From: Squalus acanthias
Lineage: Eukaryota
Length of the DNA stretch: 64,000 nucleotides
Assembly (NCBI GenBank): GCA_030390025.1
Contig: CM059432.1
Span: forward strand, 47,370,001-47,434,000
Reading direction: 5' to 3'
The notes beneath the pieces are model-generated. The model was not told where the DNA came from. It searched no databases and saw nothing but the letters and a program-made list of their open reading frames with translations. Below are positions 52,054 through 64,000 of this stretch, in pieces. Position numbers and translations under genes: made by a program. Numbering within the stretch: position 1 is the stretch's first letter; every line of letters begins with the position of its first letter.

Positions 52054-53129
52054 AATGCATTATTCTGTTGCCAAGATCCAGCTGTGTATAATCCTAAGGC
52101 CACAAAGTCTAATTGCTTCCCTGAGAGCATTTGCCTCAAATTGACTTTAGCCAAATTCTGAGGTTAATTAGACATCAGAACAAACCTAGATGAAGGTGAC
52201 TGTTTTTTAAAAAAATACCTTTTTTTAAAAAAATGCAGAAATGCGTGATAAAGTGCGACAGATAAATATTTAAAGGAAGTTGATTTTTACTTTTTATATT
52301 ACAAAACATTGTAAACAAACACTATTGTTCTTTTAAAACTTGCTTTTTATAGCCCAACACCATTGTTGGGTCAAAAAAAACCTTAAAAAATGTTTGTGTC
52401 TGTAAAGACCCAAAGGTGGTGTAGATTTACGACAGCCCTTACAAACCCAGGAGGTACAAGCCTATCTTCTTGAGAAAGTCTCACCACATGCCAACATTTG
52501 ATATGCTGACACATCGGCAACTTCATTCTCTAATTACATCTGTGTTTGTCAGTTGATGGCACATATATTCTATTTCACACGAACAGAGAAATTGCAGTAT
52601 AGACTGTAAGACAATAATACACCTGCATGCATTGTGGATTTAACATTTTTAAATTGCAATAGTCTTTTACTGTAATTTAATACAAAGAGAATAATCTATC
52701 CTGCATTACAACAGTGACTACACTTCAAAAAGTACTTCATTGGCTGTAAAGCGCTTTGGGACGTCCGGTGTTCGTGAAAGGCGCTATATAAATGTACGTC
52801 TTTCTGTTTTTCTTTACAAACAATCATGAAAAATGCTATGCATAGCTCAAAGTTGGTATCTCTGATATTTGTGAGTGGTGTGGCTGATTGCCTACATCAA
52901 AAGATGAATGGGTAGTGCTGAGGGAAATTTTTTTTTATCCCTGTAAAAAAACAATTTTATTGGTAACTTTTGGAAATGTTGGACAACAAGAGCTAATAAC
53001 TATAAATTAGTAATGTAAAAGAACATGTGTATTTATTGGTTTGTTAATGACTGGACGAATTACTCAGGTATTTGTAGCATCCTATTTTGTAATGGTAATA
53101 CAATTAACAAAATAAAAAGGAATACATTA

Positions 53130-53336
<207 letters not shown>

Positions 53337-53423
53337 TCAGGAGGGGGAGCAAAGACATTAATCATTACATTTCATAAACTATACTTTGTTTTTAATAAAA
53401 TCATGGGCTTCACTAGAGTGCTT

Positions 53424-53916
53424 GGAAGGCAATTTTTACTTTTGGACCCGCAGGGAGTGGGGCGGGGGTGGGGCGGGGGTGGGACAGTAGCGTGTGGAAA
53501 ACCCTGAAGTCTGGGTTTTCCCCGCACACTGCGGAGTTTTAACTCCACAGCTTGCGTGTGACATCACTGACAGGTTCCCCGCCCAAAAGTCAGCCTGATC
53601 AATAGGCTGGCTTCCAGTCGGGCGGGGAATGCTGGACAAGAGGCTGCAAGCCCAGGTAGGTGCGAGGAGTGCTCCCTGAGGCTGTCCTCGCCTCGCTGCA
53701 GCTGCTGGGATTCCCAAAGCCTGGGAACCCTGGCCGGTCACAGTTAAACCTGCAAAGCAGGTTAATTCAGAGGCTTCCAGCCTCATCATCATATGCCCCC
53801 GCCCACCCGTCCCGCCTCAGTTAAAACCGGAAGTGGGCGGGTTAGAGCCGGGATTCAGGTTTTTAATACTTTGACCTCCCAAACCTGTCCGATTTTTGGG
53901 GTTAAAATCCACCCCC
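53424..53916 (-). mobile_element. Harbinger-type MITE, inverted relative of 49202-50075
   Basis: The reverse complement starts gggggtggattttaaccccaaaaat...cccacttccggttttaac, as at 49202. Confidence 0.7.
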
Positions 53917-54054
53917 ACACCCCTTATCTCTGAATATATATATTTTTTTAAAACAACTGGTTTATCTTCTCCAAATTACAAATCTTTTACCACTAGACAT
54001 AGTCCCACTGATACTACAGTAGTCTATTTAAATTTGTAAACAAAATTTACTTAC

Positions 54055-54114
54055 AGTAAAGTTCATCTGACAGCCACCCATAATGTAATCCAGGAAAGAA
54101 TATTCTTTCACAAT
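54055..54114 (-). CDS. CPNE3: Copine B exon: IVKEYSFLDYIMGGCQMNFT
   Basis: 60 nt, taacag acceptor, gtaagt donor; SFLDYI.GG copine motif. Confidence 0.94.
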
Positions 54115-55092
54115 CTGTTAATAAATGTTTAATTGGATTAATTATGTGGTAATAATTCACTGTGTACATTATCAAATCGCCATGGATTTTTATTCAATGT
54201 TTATCTTATTTGAAAAAAAGACAGATTTGCATTTATATAGCACCTTTCACGACCACCGGAAGTCCCAAAGCGCTTTACAGCCAATGAAGTACTTTTTGAA
54301 ATGTAGTCACTGTTGTAATGTAGGAAATGCATTATTGATTATTAAAATGGAACTAATCTCCCATGGCGCTGCATGCAGTAAGTCGGAGAATATGTTCACC
54401 CTCTTATCGGTCTGAGGTCTTTGTTTCTCGGTCTATCCTCTTATCCTTCTGTCTTTTTACTTCTCTCCCTATCCTCTTTTTTCCCTTTTTGGTCAGAGGT
54501 GGTATGGGACAGGGAAAGGGGCCACAATGGCTGCACTTGGGGTGGAGTTGAAAATATGGCTCTCAGTGGCTCTCTTCTCCCTCCCCTCACTCAATTACGT
54601 TCGTCCCAACCAAACCCATTCTCTCGCTCCTAACACGCTCCTTTCACCTTCCCCTATCCCCTTCCCTTCCTACAGCTGTCACTCCCATCACTATCCCTAC
54701 CTATTGGCCTCCAAATAGGACCCACTCAATCCCTATGCTCCCCTCACCCTAGCTCCACAGTCACTCAACCCTCTATCCAATCCCGCCCCCCCTCCCCCCC
54801 CCCCCCCCACTATGAGTGAGTGGTGAGAGGCCAAAGAACACTTCACCTTCAGCCTGTTTTGCTTCACCCCTCCCTTCCTATCTAACACATCAAGAGGCAT
54901 TCAAAATTCAACTTCAGTGTTTAAAAAAAAAATCAAATTAGAATGAGGAAACGGCAATGGGATTAAATTCCCTTGAGAGTTACAACAAATTCCTGCTGTA
55001 ATTCAAGCAGAGCTGTTTGCGAAAAAGGATGGGACCCGGCTACCCCAAATTCTGACCTTTGTTGGGAAATCCTGGTAGACCTTGTTTGGGGA

Positions 55093-56260
55093 AATCATAG
55101 AATTCCAAAGCACAGGAGGAGGCCATTCGACCCGTCGTGTCTGTGCCAGCTCTTTGAAAGAGCTGGCCAATTTAGTCCCACACCCCAGCTTTTTCCGCAT
55201 AACCCTGCAAATTAGTTCTCTTAAAGTACATGTTCAATTGCCTTTTGAAAGTTCCTATGGAATTTGATTCCACCATCCTCTCAGAAAGTGCTTTCCAGAT
55301 ATTAACTACCCTCTATATGAAGCAATCTCTTCATTTCCCCTCTAGTTCTTTTGCCAATTATTTTAAATCTATGACCTCTGGTTACTGATCCACTTGCCAG
55401 AGGAAACAGTTTCTTCCTATTTGCTCTATCAAAACCCCTCATAATTTTGAATACCTCTATTAGGTCTCCCCTTAACCTTCTCTGCTCTAAAGGAGAACAA
55501 TCCCAGCTTCTTCAATCTCTCCACATAACTGGATTCCCTCATCCCTGGTATCATCCTGGCAAACCTCCTTTGTACCATCTCCAAGGCCTTGACATCCTTC
55601 CTAAAGTGTGGTGCCCAGAATTGTACACAATACTCCAGCTGAGACCTAACCAGTGATTTGTAAAAGTTTAGCATGACTTTCTTGTTTTTGTATTCAATGT
55701 CCCACTTACAAAGCTAAGTATCCCATACGCTTTCTTAACTGCATTATCAACTTGCCCTGCCACCTTCAAAGATTTGTGAATATGCAACCCAAGGCCCCTC
55801 TGCTCTTGCATCCCCCTCAAAATACTACTATTTAGATAATACTGCCCCTCCATGTTGTTTCTTCCAATGTGCATCACTTCACACTTATCCACATTAAATT
55901 GCATCTGCCATGTGTCTGCTTATTTCACCAGTCTGTTTGTCTGCCTGTAATCTACTGCTATCCTGCTCACTATTTACTATGTTACCAAGTTTTGTATCAT
56001 CCGCCAACTTCAAAATTGTACTCCCTATACCCAAACTGAGGTCACTTTTTTTATAACAAGAAAAGCAATGGCCTAAGACCGACCCCACTGCATAATTTTC
56101 TCGTCAGAGAAACATCCGTTCACCGCTACTCTCTGCCTGCCATCCCTTAGCCAATTACGTACCCAAGTTACCATCGTCCCTTTAATATCATATGCTTCTA
56201 TCTTTCGAACAAGTCTGTTATGTGGTACATTATCAAGTACTTGTGATTGCCCTTTATAAG
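55093..56260 (-). mobile_element. CR1 LINE 3' part, decayed
   Basis: ORFs 55429-55674, 55668-55904 and 55894-56088 (LADDTKLG). Confidence 0.9.
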
Positions 56261-56372
56261 ACCAGTCAGGTGAAAGGACATGGGGCTGTGGGCTTGGATT
56301 TCCTTCACTGGGAGTTCCTGCTTCCCTAGCCCATAAGTGACCTGATGCAACACTGGAGGCTGGTAAGCCAAG

Positions 56373-56953
56373 CAATGTTCCCTCTAACTTTTTTTTTTGG
56401 CGCACTGTCCCTTTAAATTTGCTGTGCAGCCGCGCATGTGCCGTATCTTTTCCAGCAGCAGCAGCTGATGAACGGCCTGCACGGGACCTCCCGATTGGTG
56501 CACACCTTAGGAGGAATATTGAAGCCAAGGGAGATGAGGTGCACAGCTTCCAGAAAGGTGGAATTGGTAAGTGGCCTAGATCCCTGAAAAACAGGCAATT
56601 TTTTTTCCTCTTTGAAAATGTTAAAATTGGCCCCCATACACAGGGGGCTGAGGGGAGAAACTGCATGGTGTCTCAGGTCGGGTAGGCTGGGCACCGTCGA
56701 TGGTGATCAAGCACTGGGACCTGAGACGCTCCTGTAGTGGTGCTGGTGCCAACCAATCCCATGCAAAAGATAATGGCCTCCCACTGATGCTGCAAACTTG
56801 GGTGCGTTCAGCACAGAGTATAATCCCAGCGTTAATGCTGGGATTGCAGCCCATGGATTTTCAGGGTCACTGTCTGCCTGCGTCTACCTCTCGGTCAGAA
56901 GTGTTTGCTCGTAGGATCTGTCTCATAGGTATATGGAATTAGCGGCAACCCTT
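56373..56953. mobile_element. Possible hAT-type non-autonomous element
   Basis: Left end caatgttccctctaa and degenerate right end ttagcggcaaccctt; 8-bp TSD not convincing. Confidence 0.4.
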
Positions 56954-57190
56954 TCCAAGTACCAGCAAAACACAAGTAGATAATTAATTGGCTTCAAAAT
57001 TCTACTTTTTTTTGTGGGGGGGGGGGGGGGAGAAATTGAACCAATATTAGGATGAATTCTATCACTGTTTCCCTGTCTCTTTCTTTCCTCCTAGCTAAAT
57101 GCACTCTGAAATTTATACAGGTGTGTAGTTAGAGCACTGTCATTTTTTCCCCCTCATTCTTCAGACACTCACTCTCTTCTTAAAAAGAGA

Positions 57191-57360
57191 GAAGTCGCAC
57201 AACACCAGGTTATAGTCCAACGGCTTTATTTGACTTCACCTGACGAAGGAGCAGCGCTCCGAAAGCTTGTGATTTCAAATAAAGCTGTTGGACTATAACC
57301 TGGTGTTGTGCGACTTCTCTCTTTTGTCCACCCCAGTCCAACACCGGCATCTCCGCATCA
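57191..57360 (+). mobile_element. 170-bp hairpin Penelope-derived mini-element (same family as 2275-4360)
   Basis: 14-bp TSD ttcttaaaaagaga (57177-57190, 57361-57374); inverted arms; same terminal tail as 2275-2313. Confidence 0.9.
57236..57272 (+). ncRNA. Minimal type-I hammerhead ribozyme motif
   Basis: UCAC CUGACGA A GGAGC AGC GCUCC GAAA GCU U GUGA: 4-bp stem I, 5-bp stem II, palindromic stem III. Confidence 0.7.
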
Positions 57361-58079
57361 TTCTTAAAAAGAGACATTATAAATTTTACCTCAGCAAATC
57401 ATTTGAATTTTGACCTTTGTTATTCAAAATTATTTGATCACTACTGAGTAAAAGTGCTAGAAGCTAAAGAAAAATTCTCATCAGTACAGCTGACTGAAAG
57501 GTACTGATGCATCCCGAGAAATGAGGCACACTGCTCATGCTCAGATTGCACAAACCAAATTCAGCCGAGAGTCACAGCTCTGGGCAATAATATCAAGTCT
57601 AAGCCGAGGCTTTTGGGAGAAGTTGGGACCTTTAACTAAAAGTTTTAATGGAGGCATAAAAAAGGCACAAATGATCATGTTATTGTGAAATGCATACATT
57701 TTTTAAAATAACTTTTTGTTTAAACCCTTATTTTAGCCATTAGAAATTAAACTTTAGCTATAAAAAAAATCTGAAAACATTTTGAACAATTTGACTGTTG
57801 TTTCATCTTCCTCTCCTAAACATAATGCCGCCCTCACTGAGGTGCGTCAACAGATGCAGTGGTTTCTCTTGAGCATCTTGTCCAAATTATTATTTCTGCG
57901 ACAGTAAACACCGGATTATTCTACCATAGAGGAGTCACAGCCAAGCTCGTGTCCTTTATTTATCAGCTGTCCAGTGCACTTCCAGCACAGGTCGCTCAGG
58001 CCGCTGTGGCTAACTGTAACCTCAGCTAAATTTAGAACACACCAAGGGTCAAACTGAAGACTTCTTGGTTGATATGGCT

Positions 58080-58684
58080 CATAGAAACATAGAAAAATAG
58101 GAGCAGGAGTAGGCTATTCGGCCCTTCGAGCCTGCTCCGCCATTCAATATGATCATGGCTGATCCTCTATCTCAATACCATATTCCTCCTCTCTCCCCAT
58201 ACCCCTTGATGCCTTTCATGTCTAGAAATCTATCCATCTCCTTCTTAAATATATTCAGTTACTTGGTCTCCACAGCCTTCTCTGGTAGAGAATTCCACAG
58301 GTTCACCACCCTCCGAGTGAAGAAATTTCTCCTCATCTCAGTCCTAAATGTCCTACCCCTTATCCTGTGACCCCTTGTTCTCGACCCCCCAGCCAGGGGA
58401 AACATCCTCCCTGCATCCAGTCTGTCTAGCTCGGTCAGAATTTTATACGTTTCAATGAGATCCCCTCTCATTCTTCTAAACTCTAGTGAATACAGGCCTA
58501 GTCAACCCAATCTCTCCTCATACAACAGTCCTGCCATCCCAGGAATCATCTGGTGAACCTTTGCTGCACTCCCTCTATGGCAAGTATATCCTTTCTTAGG
58601 TAAGGAGACCAAAACTGCACACACTACTCCAGGTATGGTCTCACCAAGGCCCTGTATAACTGTAGTAAGACATCCTTGCTCCTG
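58080..58684 (-). mobile_element. CR1 3' end (family of 5421-7435)
   Basis: MRGDLIETYKILTELDRLDAGRMFP; tail ttctatgtttctatg. Confidence 0.92.
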
Positions 58685-59100
58685 GCTCCCAGGCAGAGAT
58701 TTTACCTCTAGGTCATTGGGACTGCTGAAAGCACATCTTGATCAGTTTTCTCCTCATCTCTTCAAGCTCCAAGTTCTCCCTAGGTTTTTACCTTTGTAAT
58801 TACTAATAATTGAAAACTGAGAGTTACTAAAGTGCAAGGCTCAAAATTCTAGGATTATAAAAAAGGTAGAATTATGCAAATCTGACTCAGCAAGGACAAG
58901 ACACTGAATTTGTTTTTAAAAGTTATATAGATACTTACTCATTTAGGTAGATAAAATATTTGATACAAGAGTGAGGCAAAGAGACTTTGCTCCCTGGTGC
59001 AAATATGTTTTAAGTAATATTTGTACTTGGAATGAAGAAAGCACGTCACCGTAAGGAAAATAATTTGAAGCATGTCACCTTAAGGAAAATAATTTGCATG

Positions 59101-59533
59101 GTCAGCTTGATTCAGTGGTAGTACTCTCGCCTCCGAGCTAAACGTTTGTGGGTTCCAGCCCCACTATAGACTTGAGTATATAAGTTAGGCTGATACTTTA
59201 GTGCACTATTGAAGGAGTGCTGCATTCTTGGAGGTGCTGTTTTTCAAATGAGATATTAAACCAAGGCCCTTTTTAGATGCACTTTCTTTGAAGAATGTGG
59301 AATTCTCAGGGTGTCACGACCTACACTCACCCCACAACTCGCACCACCAAAAAAAAATTATTAACTGGTTAGTCATCTCACTGTTTGTACAACTTTGCTG
59401 GGCACAAATTGGCTGTTACAGTTGTCTACAAAGCAGTGACTGCACTTCAAACGTTATTCACTGACTGTGAAGTGCTTTGGGAGTTACCAAGGATGTGAAA
59501 AGTGCTTCATAAATGCAAGTTCATTTTTCTTTA
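59101..59533 (+). mobile_element. Diverged DeuSINE
   Basis: tRNA-like head, core and tail collinear with 37115-37553. Isolated tails also at 21086-21185, 52697-52812 and 54213-54330. Confidence 0.7.
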
Positions 59534-59684
59534 CCTAATATTTTAACAATGGAGAAGGAAGGAAGGGAATTGTATGCCCACCAATTTAATTTCATGGGTA
59601 GTTTAGCTAATCCATTAATCCAAAATCACAAAGGATATATTCCCATAATATTATGCTAGCTCAATTTAAAAACATGCATTATTA

Positions 59685-59948
<264 letters not shown>

Positions 59949-61233
59949 TCAACTATACATTTAAAAATATAAAGTAACAATATTCATAACCACTGGATTG
60001 ACATTGGTTTTATGCCCAAGAAAGCATACGAATTTAGCAGTGGAGTAACCTGTGTCCAATCTGCACAGGCATTGGTCCCACTGCTAAATGCCCCTTGAAT
60101 CTGTTAATGAGGGGCCTAATGCCCGTTGAAGGACCCCTTTACAAAATTAGTTAGCAAAGAGCAGGGCAGGTGTCGGACCTGCCTCGCTCAGGATTCATCC
60201 TGCCATGAACTGTGGGAGTACCTTCACCACTCGGACTGCAGCGGTTCAAGAAGGTGGCTCACCACCACCTTCTCAAGGGCAATTAGGGATGGGCAATAAA
60301 TGCTGGCCTTGCCAGCGACACTCGCATCCCATAAACGAATTTTTTAAAAAAATGACTGCCAACTAAAGGTAAACTAAACCCTTCTTGTGTAGCCAGGAGG
60401 AGCAAAAGTGTGTCTCCGAATCCACAGGTGTCGCAATTGCCCATCCCTCTCACCCCACCGGAACCTGCTCCAACCCCCACCTGGGACTTGCCAGAGTGCC
60501 ACTGTCAGCATTAAAATGTTTTTTCCCCATTGCCTGTGAAGGCGTGTTCAGCGCCGACAGCTCACCCAGAGCGTGCAGATAAGGCCAGAGGACTGATTTC
60601 TATTGATCCTCAGGCCCAGACCAATTTCTACCCCCATGTTTCTACAAGTGGTTCTGATTACACAACACATCAGCAATGCTACGTCTAGGCAGGGCCATGA
60701 GTCCTATCAATATAATATCACCTAGCAACTAATGCAATTGCCAAGAGAAGTCAGCTCTTCCAACATGTAAGAGCAGAATTCACTCAATAACTTACCTTAT
60801 TAAATTAAAGTTTTAGTCAGCATTTTGCTCCTTTGGAGACAGCGCGATACATAATAATCCAATACATACAGTTGCTAATCTTCTTTGCGGCGTCACAAAA
60901 CAATATAGTTACACAACTATCACTGTATAATGACATGACCATATCACCACACACAAACCGCACCCATTGTTTTCTTTGAGGCAGGAAGGTCAGTTTACGA
61001 AAAGGCACTATAAGTAATACGTGCTTTGTATTACCCAGTGAAATCAGCAGCAAATGAAGAAATGTATCTCGATGCAGTGCTCAATGGGGCCTGCGACCGA
61101 GGCTGCCAACTGTAGATATTTTGTTTGCAACTGGAGAGTTGCCGGTTGAAGTTCCAGCCTCTGATCTCCCAGTCAAAGTGTCTTTGACTCTGTCATGGCA
61201 ACGCCTGACAGAGAAAATACCACGGTCATATTA

Positions 61234-61443
<210 letters not shown>

Positions 61444-63572
61444 TTAAAAATAAGTTCAAGCCTAATGGATCGAACATTCCTTCCCCCTCCCAACCCCGAG
61501 GAATCACATCATTTTGGTGTTAAATGCAACCTTTAATTACTTTTTGGGTCAAGAGTTCAAGCCACACACCCCTGCATCTCACCAGACTAGGCTATGTAAA
61601 GCACAGTAAATTTATGCATTTGTCAAACAGAAATAAAATGCATCATTTACAATTTGCGTAATTGAGAAAAAAAAAGACAGCCCTTTAGAAAGTTAAAAAG
61701 CCACTCTTGGTTTGTGCCCTGAAACAGTTTTGCACCAACATAAAAATTAGGGTCTAATCAATGAATATATCCTCCAAACTATGATGGGTGGCAACATTCT
61801 GAAAACATTACTGTTCTGAAAAACTAAGACTTGCACTATAATTTATTTCCACATATGTTACTAACACACGGTGTTAGTAAAAGTATATTTCTTTGCAGAA
61901 AGGAAAATTTTCAATTTCACATTTTTGGTCAATGTCTGGCCATGTTTATGTCAAGCTTCTGCAAGTTGAATTTTCAGAGGGGAGGGAGGAAGGGGCTCTT
62001 TATACCACAGCAATCGCTGCACTGAAAGATAATGGATTGGCTTATTGACCGCAAAAGCAAAAGGCAATTAAAAAAAAATGAAATCTACTTAATATTGTTT
62101 TACTTATAATTGTCCTAAACCATAAATCGATACTTGTTCAGAGGGTCTCTCGAGCTTTATATTTATTTACAACAAATATATGCCATAACGGCAGTTATTT
62201 ATTCAGTTGACTCAATCCTACACTTGAAAATTGATGGCAAAACTTTCCCATTAAATGATCTTAACTTCCTATTAAAATACCACTTTAAAATCCTATCTAT
62301 ACAACAAATATGGCCCAAATTTAGTTTTTATCATATAATTTAAAGGCAAAGGAAAGGAAATTGCAATAGGTACAGCAACGTATAAAAAAAATTCTACCTG
62401 GCACAGTTCAATTCACAGAATGAATGCTTACTGAGGTAAACTTCAACAAAAAGCACTTTTTGCCAGAGCATCGTGTGGCATGCCCATTAGTTAGACTTGT
62501 TCGTGTTTATTTAGGTTTTTACATTTTTTGCCCACATAGTTGCTGGATGTGCAAGCTTATAACAGCGCAGCGAGGGCAACAGGGCATCTAGGACCTTGGT
62601 GAACAACGGGACAAACAGTGTATCTACCTAACTAATGAGATTTAAGGATTGAGAAATAAACAGAGGAAAGACTGAGAAGGAGGGGGAATTAGAGAGGGTG
62701 AATTCAATGTCAAATCAGGTACAAAAAGAGAAATAAAAATAAAGAGGGGGAAAGAAAGATTAGATTGAGAGAGAAAACAAGAGAATGAAAGGAAAAGTAA
62801 GAAAAAATTACAATTACCACGTTAAAAGGGTACTTACTTACGCTGTTAATTACTCGACTGAACTTTGTGGCAAGATCAATGGGCAATTAATGCACAAATG
62901 CATCAATTTCATGAAAATCACGGGGAGGTTAAGCGGGAGATGCCGTTTTTGCAAAGCTAACAGCGGAGTGGCACAAATGGGCCAGTAACTTGTGGCGATT
63001 CGCAATTCATGGGGTATCTCTTCCTCGCTACAAGTTGCTGGCCAATTTGCACATTAATAATGGCGTGCGTTGTTCGGACGCTGTTATTTTTTCAAACAAA
63101 ATCTGGCCAATTGTCAAGCACGGTTAAATGTACATTTTAAAAATGGCAATATGACACTCTTCTCAAATGGCAGCATGTACACTTTTCCAGGGTTGCAACT
63201 AGTAAATTCCTTAAGAAAAACAAAACTCATAAAAATTCCAATACTGGCAATAACACTGTCCCACCCACGCAGTCACAGAATATAGGAATCACAAGCCCTA
63301 TTTGTGGGAGAGAATGCGGTGCCTGGAACTGCATGCACAGTTAGGCATTAGCACATCAACCAATGGCTAGTTAGAAAACCCGACGCTGTTGCCTTTCCCT
63401 CAGAAGGATCAAATTTCATGCCAAGCTGAAAACTATAAAAACCTGCTCTTGTAACTAAACAATCAGGTCAGTGAGCATTAGTAAACATTTTCCCATCTTT
63501 TTAAAATAATGAGAACTGATCTTTTGAACATATGTGCAATATAATTGTCTTTATTTAGGCATACATGAATAC

Positions 63573-63662
63573 CTTGACTGGCCTCTGTAAGTCACCATTA
63601 CAGAGAGAATGCAAAGGAATTTTAAATGCTTTCCAACTGGGATTCAAGTTGTTTTTGATGAC
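63573..63662 (-). CDS. CPNE3: Copine B exon: [30 protein letters not shown]
   Basis: 90 nt, ttttcag acceptor, gtattc donor; paralogous to 12674-12763. Confidence 0.95.
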
Positions 63663-64000
63663 CTGAAAAGGAAAACAGGGAGGGAGATGAAAGAACAAAG
63701 TAAAAAATAAATTGGGTGTACAACCTATTCCAATCATTTTCCTCTTCCCAGTGGAGTGTGAGGCTATAATTAAGCTCATTTTTATATATTTGGTTCATGC
63801 CTATTATCTGGAAACACAGACATCTCTGGTTTTCCTTCAATACGAAGAATGCATCATTTGGGCCTGTAGCTCTGAGCTCTTCCCTTGGGCAGTAGTCAGT
63901 AGTGGAGTGCGATTTATTTTCTTCTGTTTAGTTCAAATTTTATGAGAAATAACCCCAGGCTCCTTTTCTCTAGTACTAGTTGATAAATTGCCTCCTTAAA

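Noticed and set aside
62330..63110. Additional Harbinger-type MITEs here and near 60000-60635
   Set aside because: Only one TIR-like end was recognisable in each, so boundaries cannot be supported.

Overview
Vertebrate genomic DNA, very probably a cartilaginous fish (inferred from its repeat content: DeuSINE/SacSINE1-like SINEs, CR1/L2 LINEs, Neptune-type Penelope elements). The window holds two tandem minus-strand copine genes of the CPNE3/CPNE1 subfamily, closer to CPNE3. Copy A has a CpG-island promoter near 29.1 kb and 8 coding exons (20244 down to 1986, C2A and C2B domains) and runs off the left edge. Copy B enters from the right edge and has 10 coding exons (63662 down to the stop at 35580, end of C2B plus the vWA domain). 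All 18 exons have GT-AG boundaries and splice in frame. The introns are dense with nested transposons: young CR1 copies, L2, DeuSINEs, PIF/Harbinger remnants and MITE derivatives, a Tigger-like MITE and Penelope-like elements. Most notable: (1) copy B has a C-terminal tail built from an 18-bp coding minisatellite (EQKPPT)n ending in EDFLDF; (2) two Penelope-derived families carry minimal type-I hammerhead ribozyme motifs, including a 170-bp hairpin element whose loop is the hammerhead and a 2.1-kb near-perfect palindromic insertion; (3) a 247-bp inverted duplication in the 5' intron of copy A; (4) Harbinger MITEs with CAT/ATG/TAT target duplications and promoter-like motifs. Comparisons with human copines are from memory; no database search was run.
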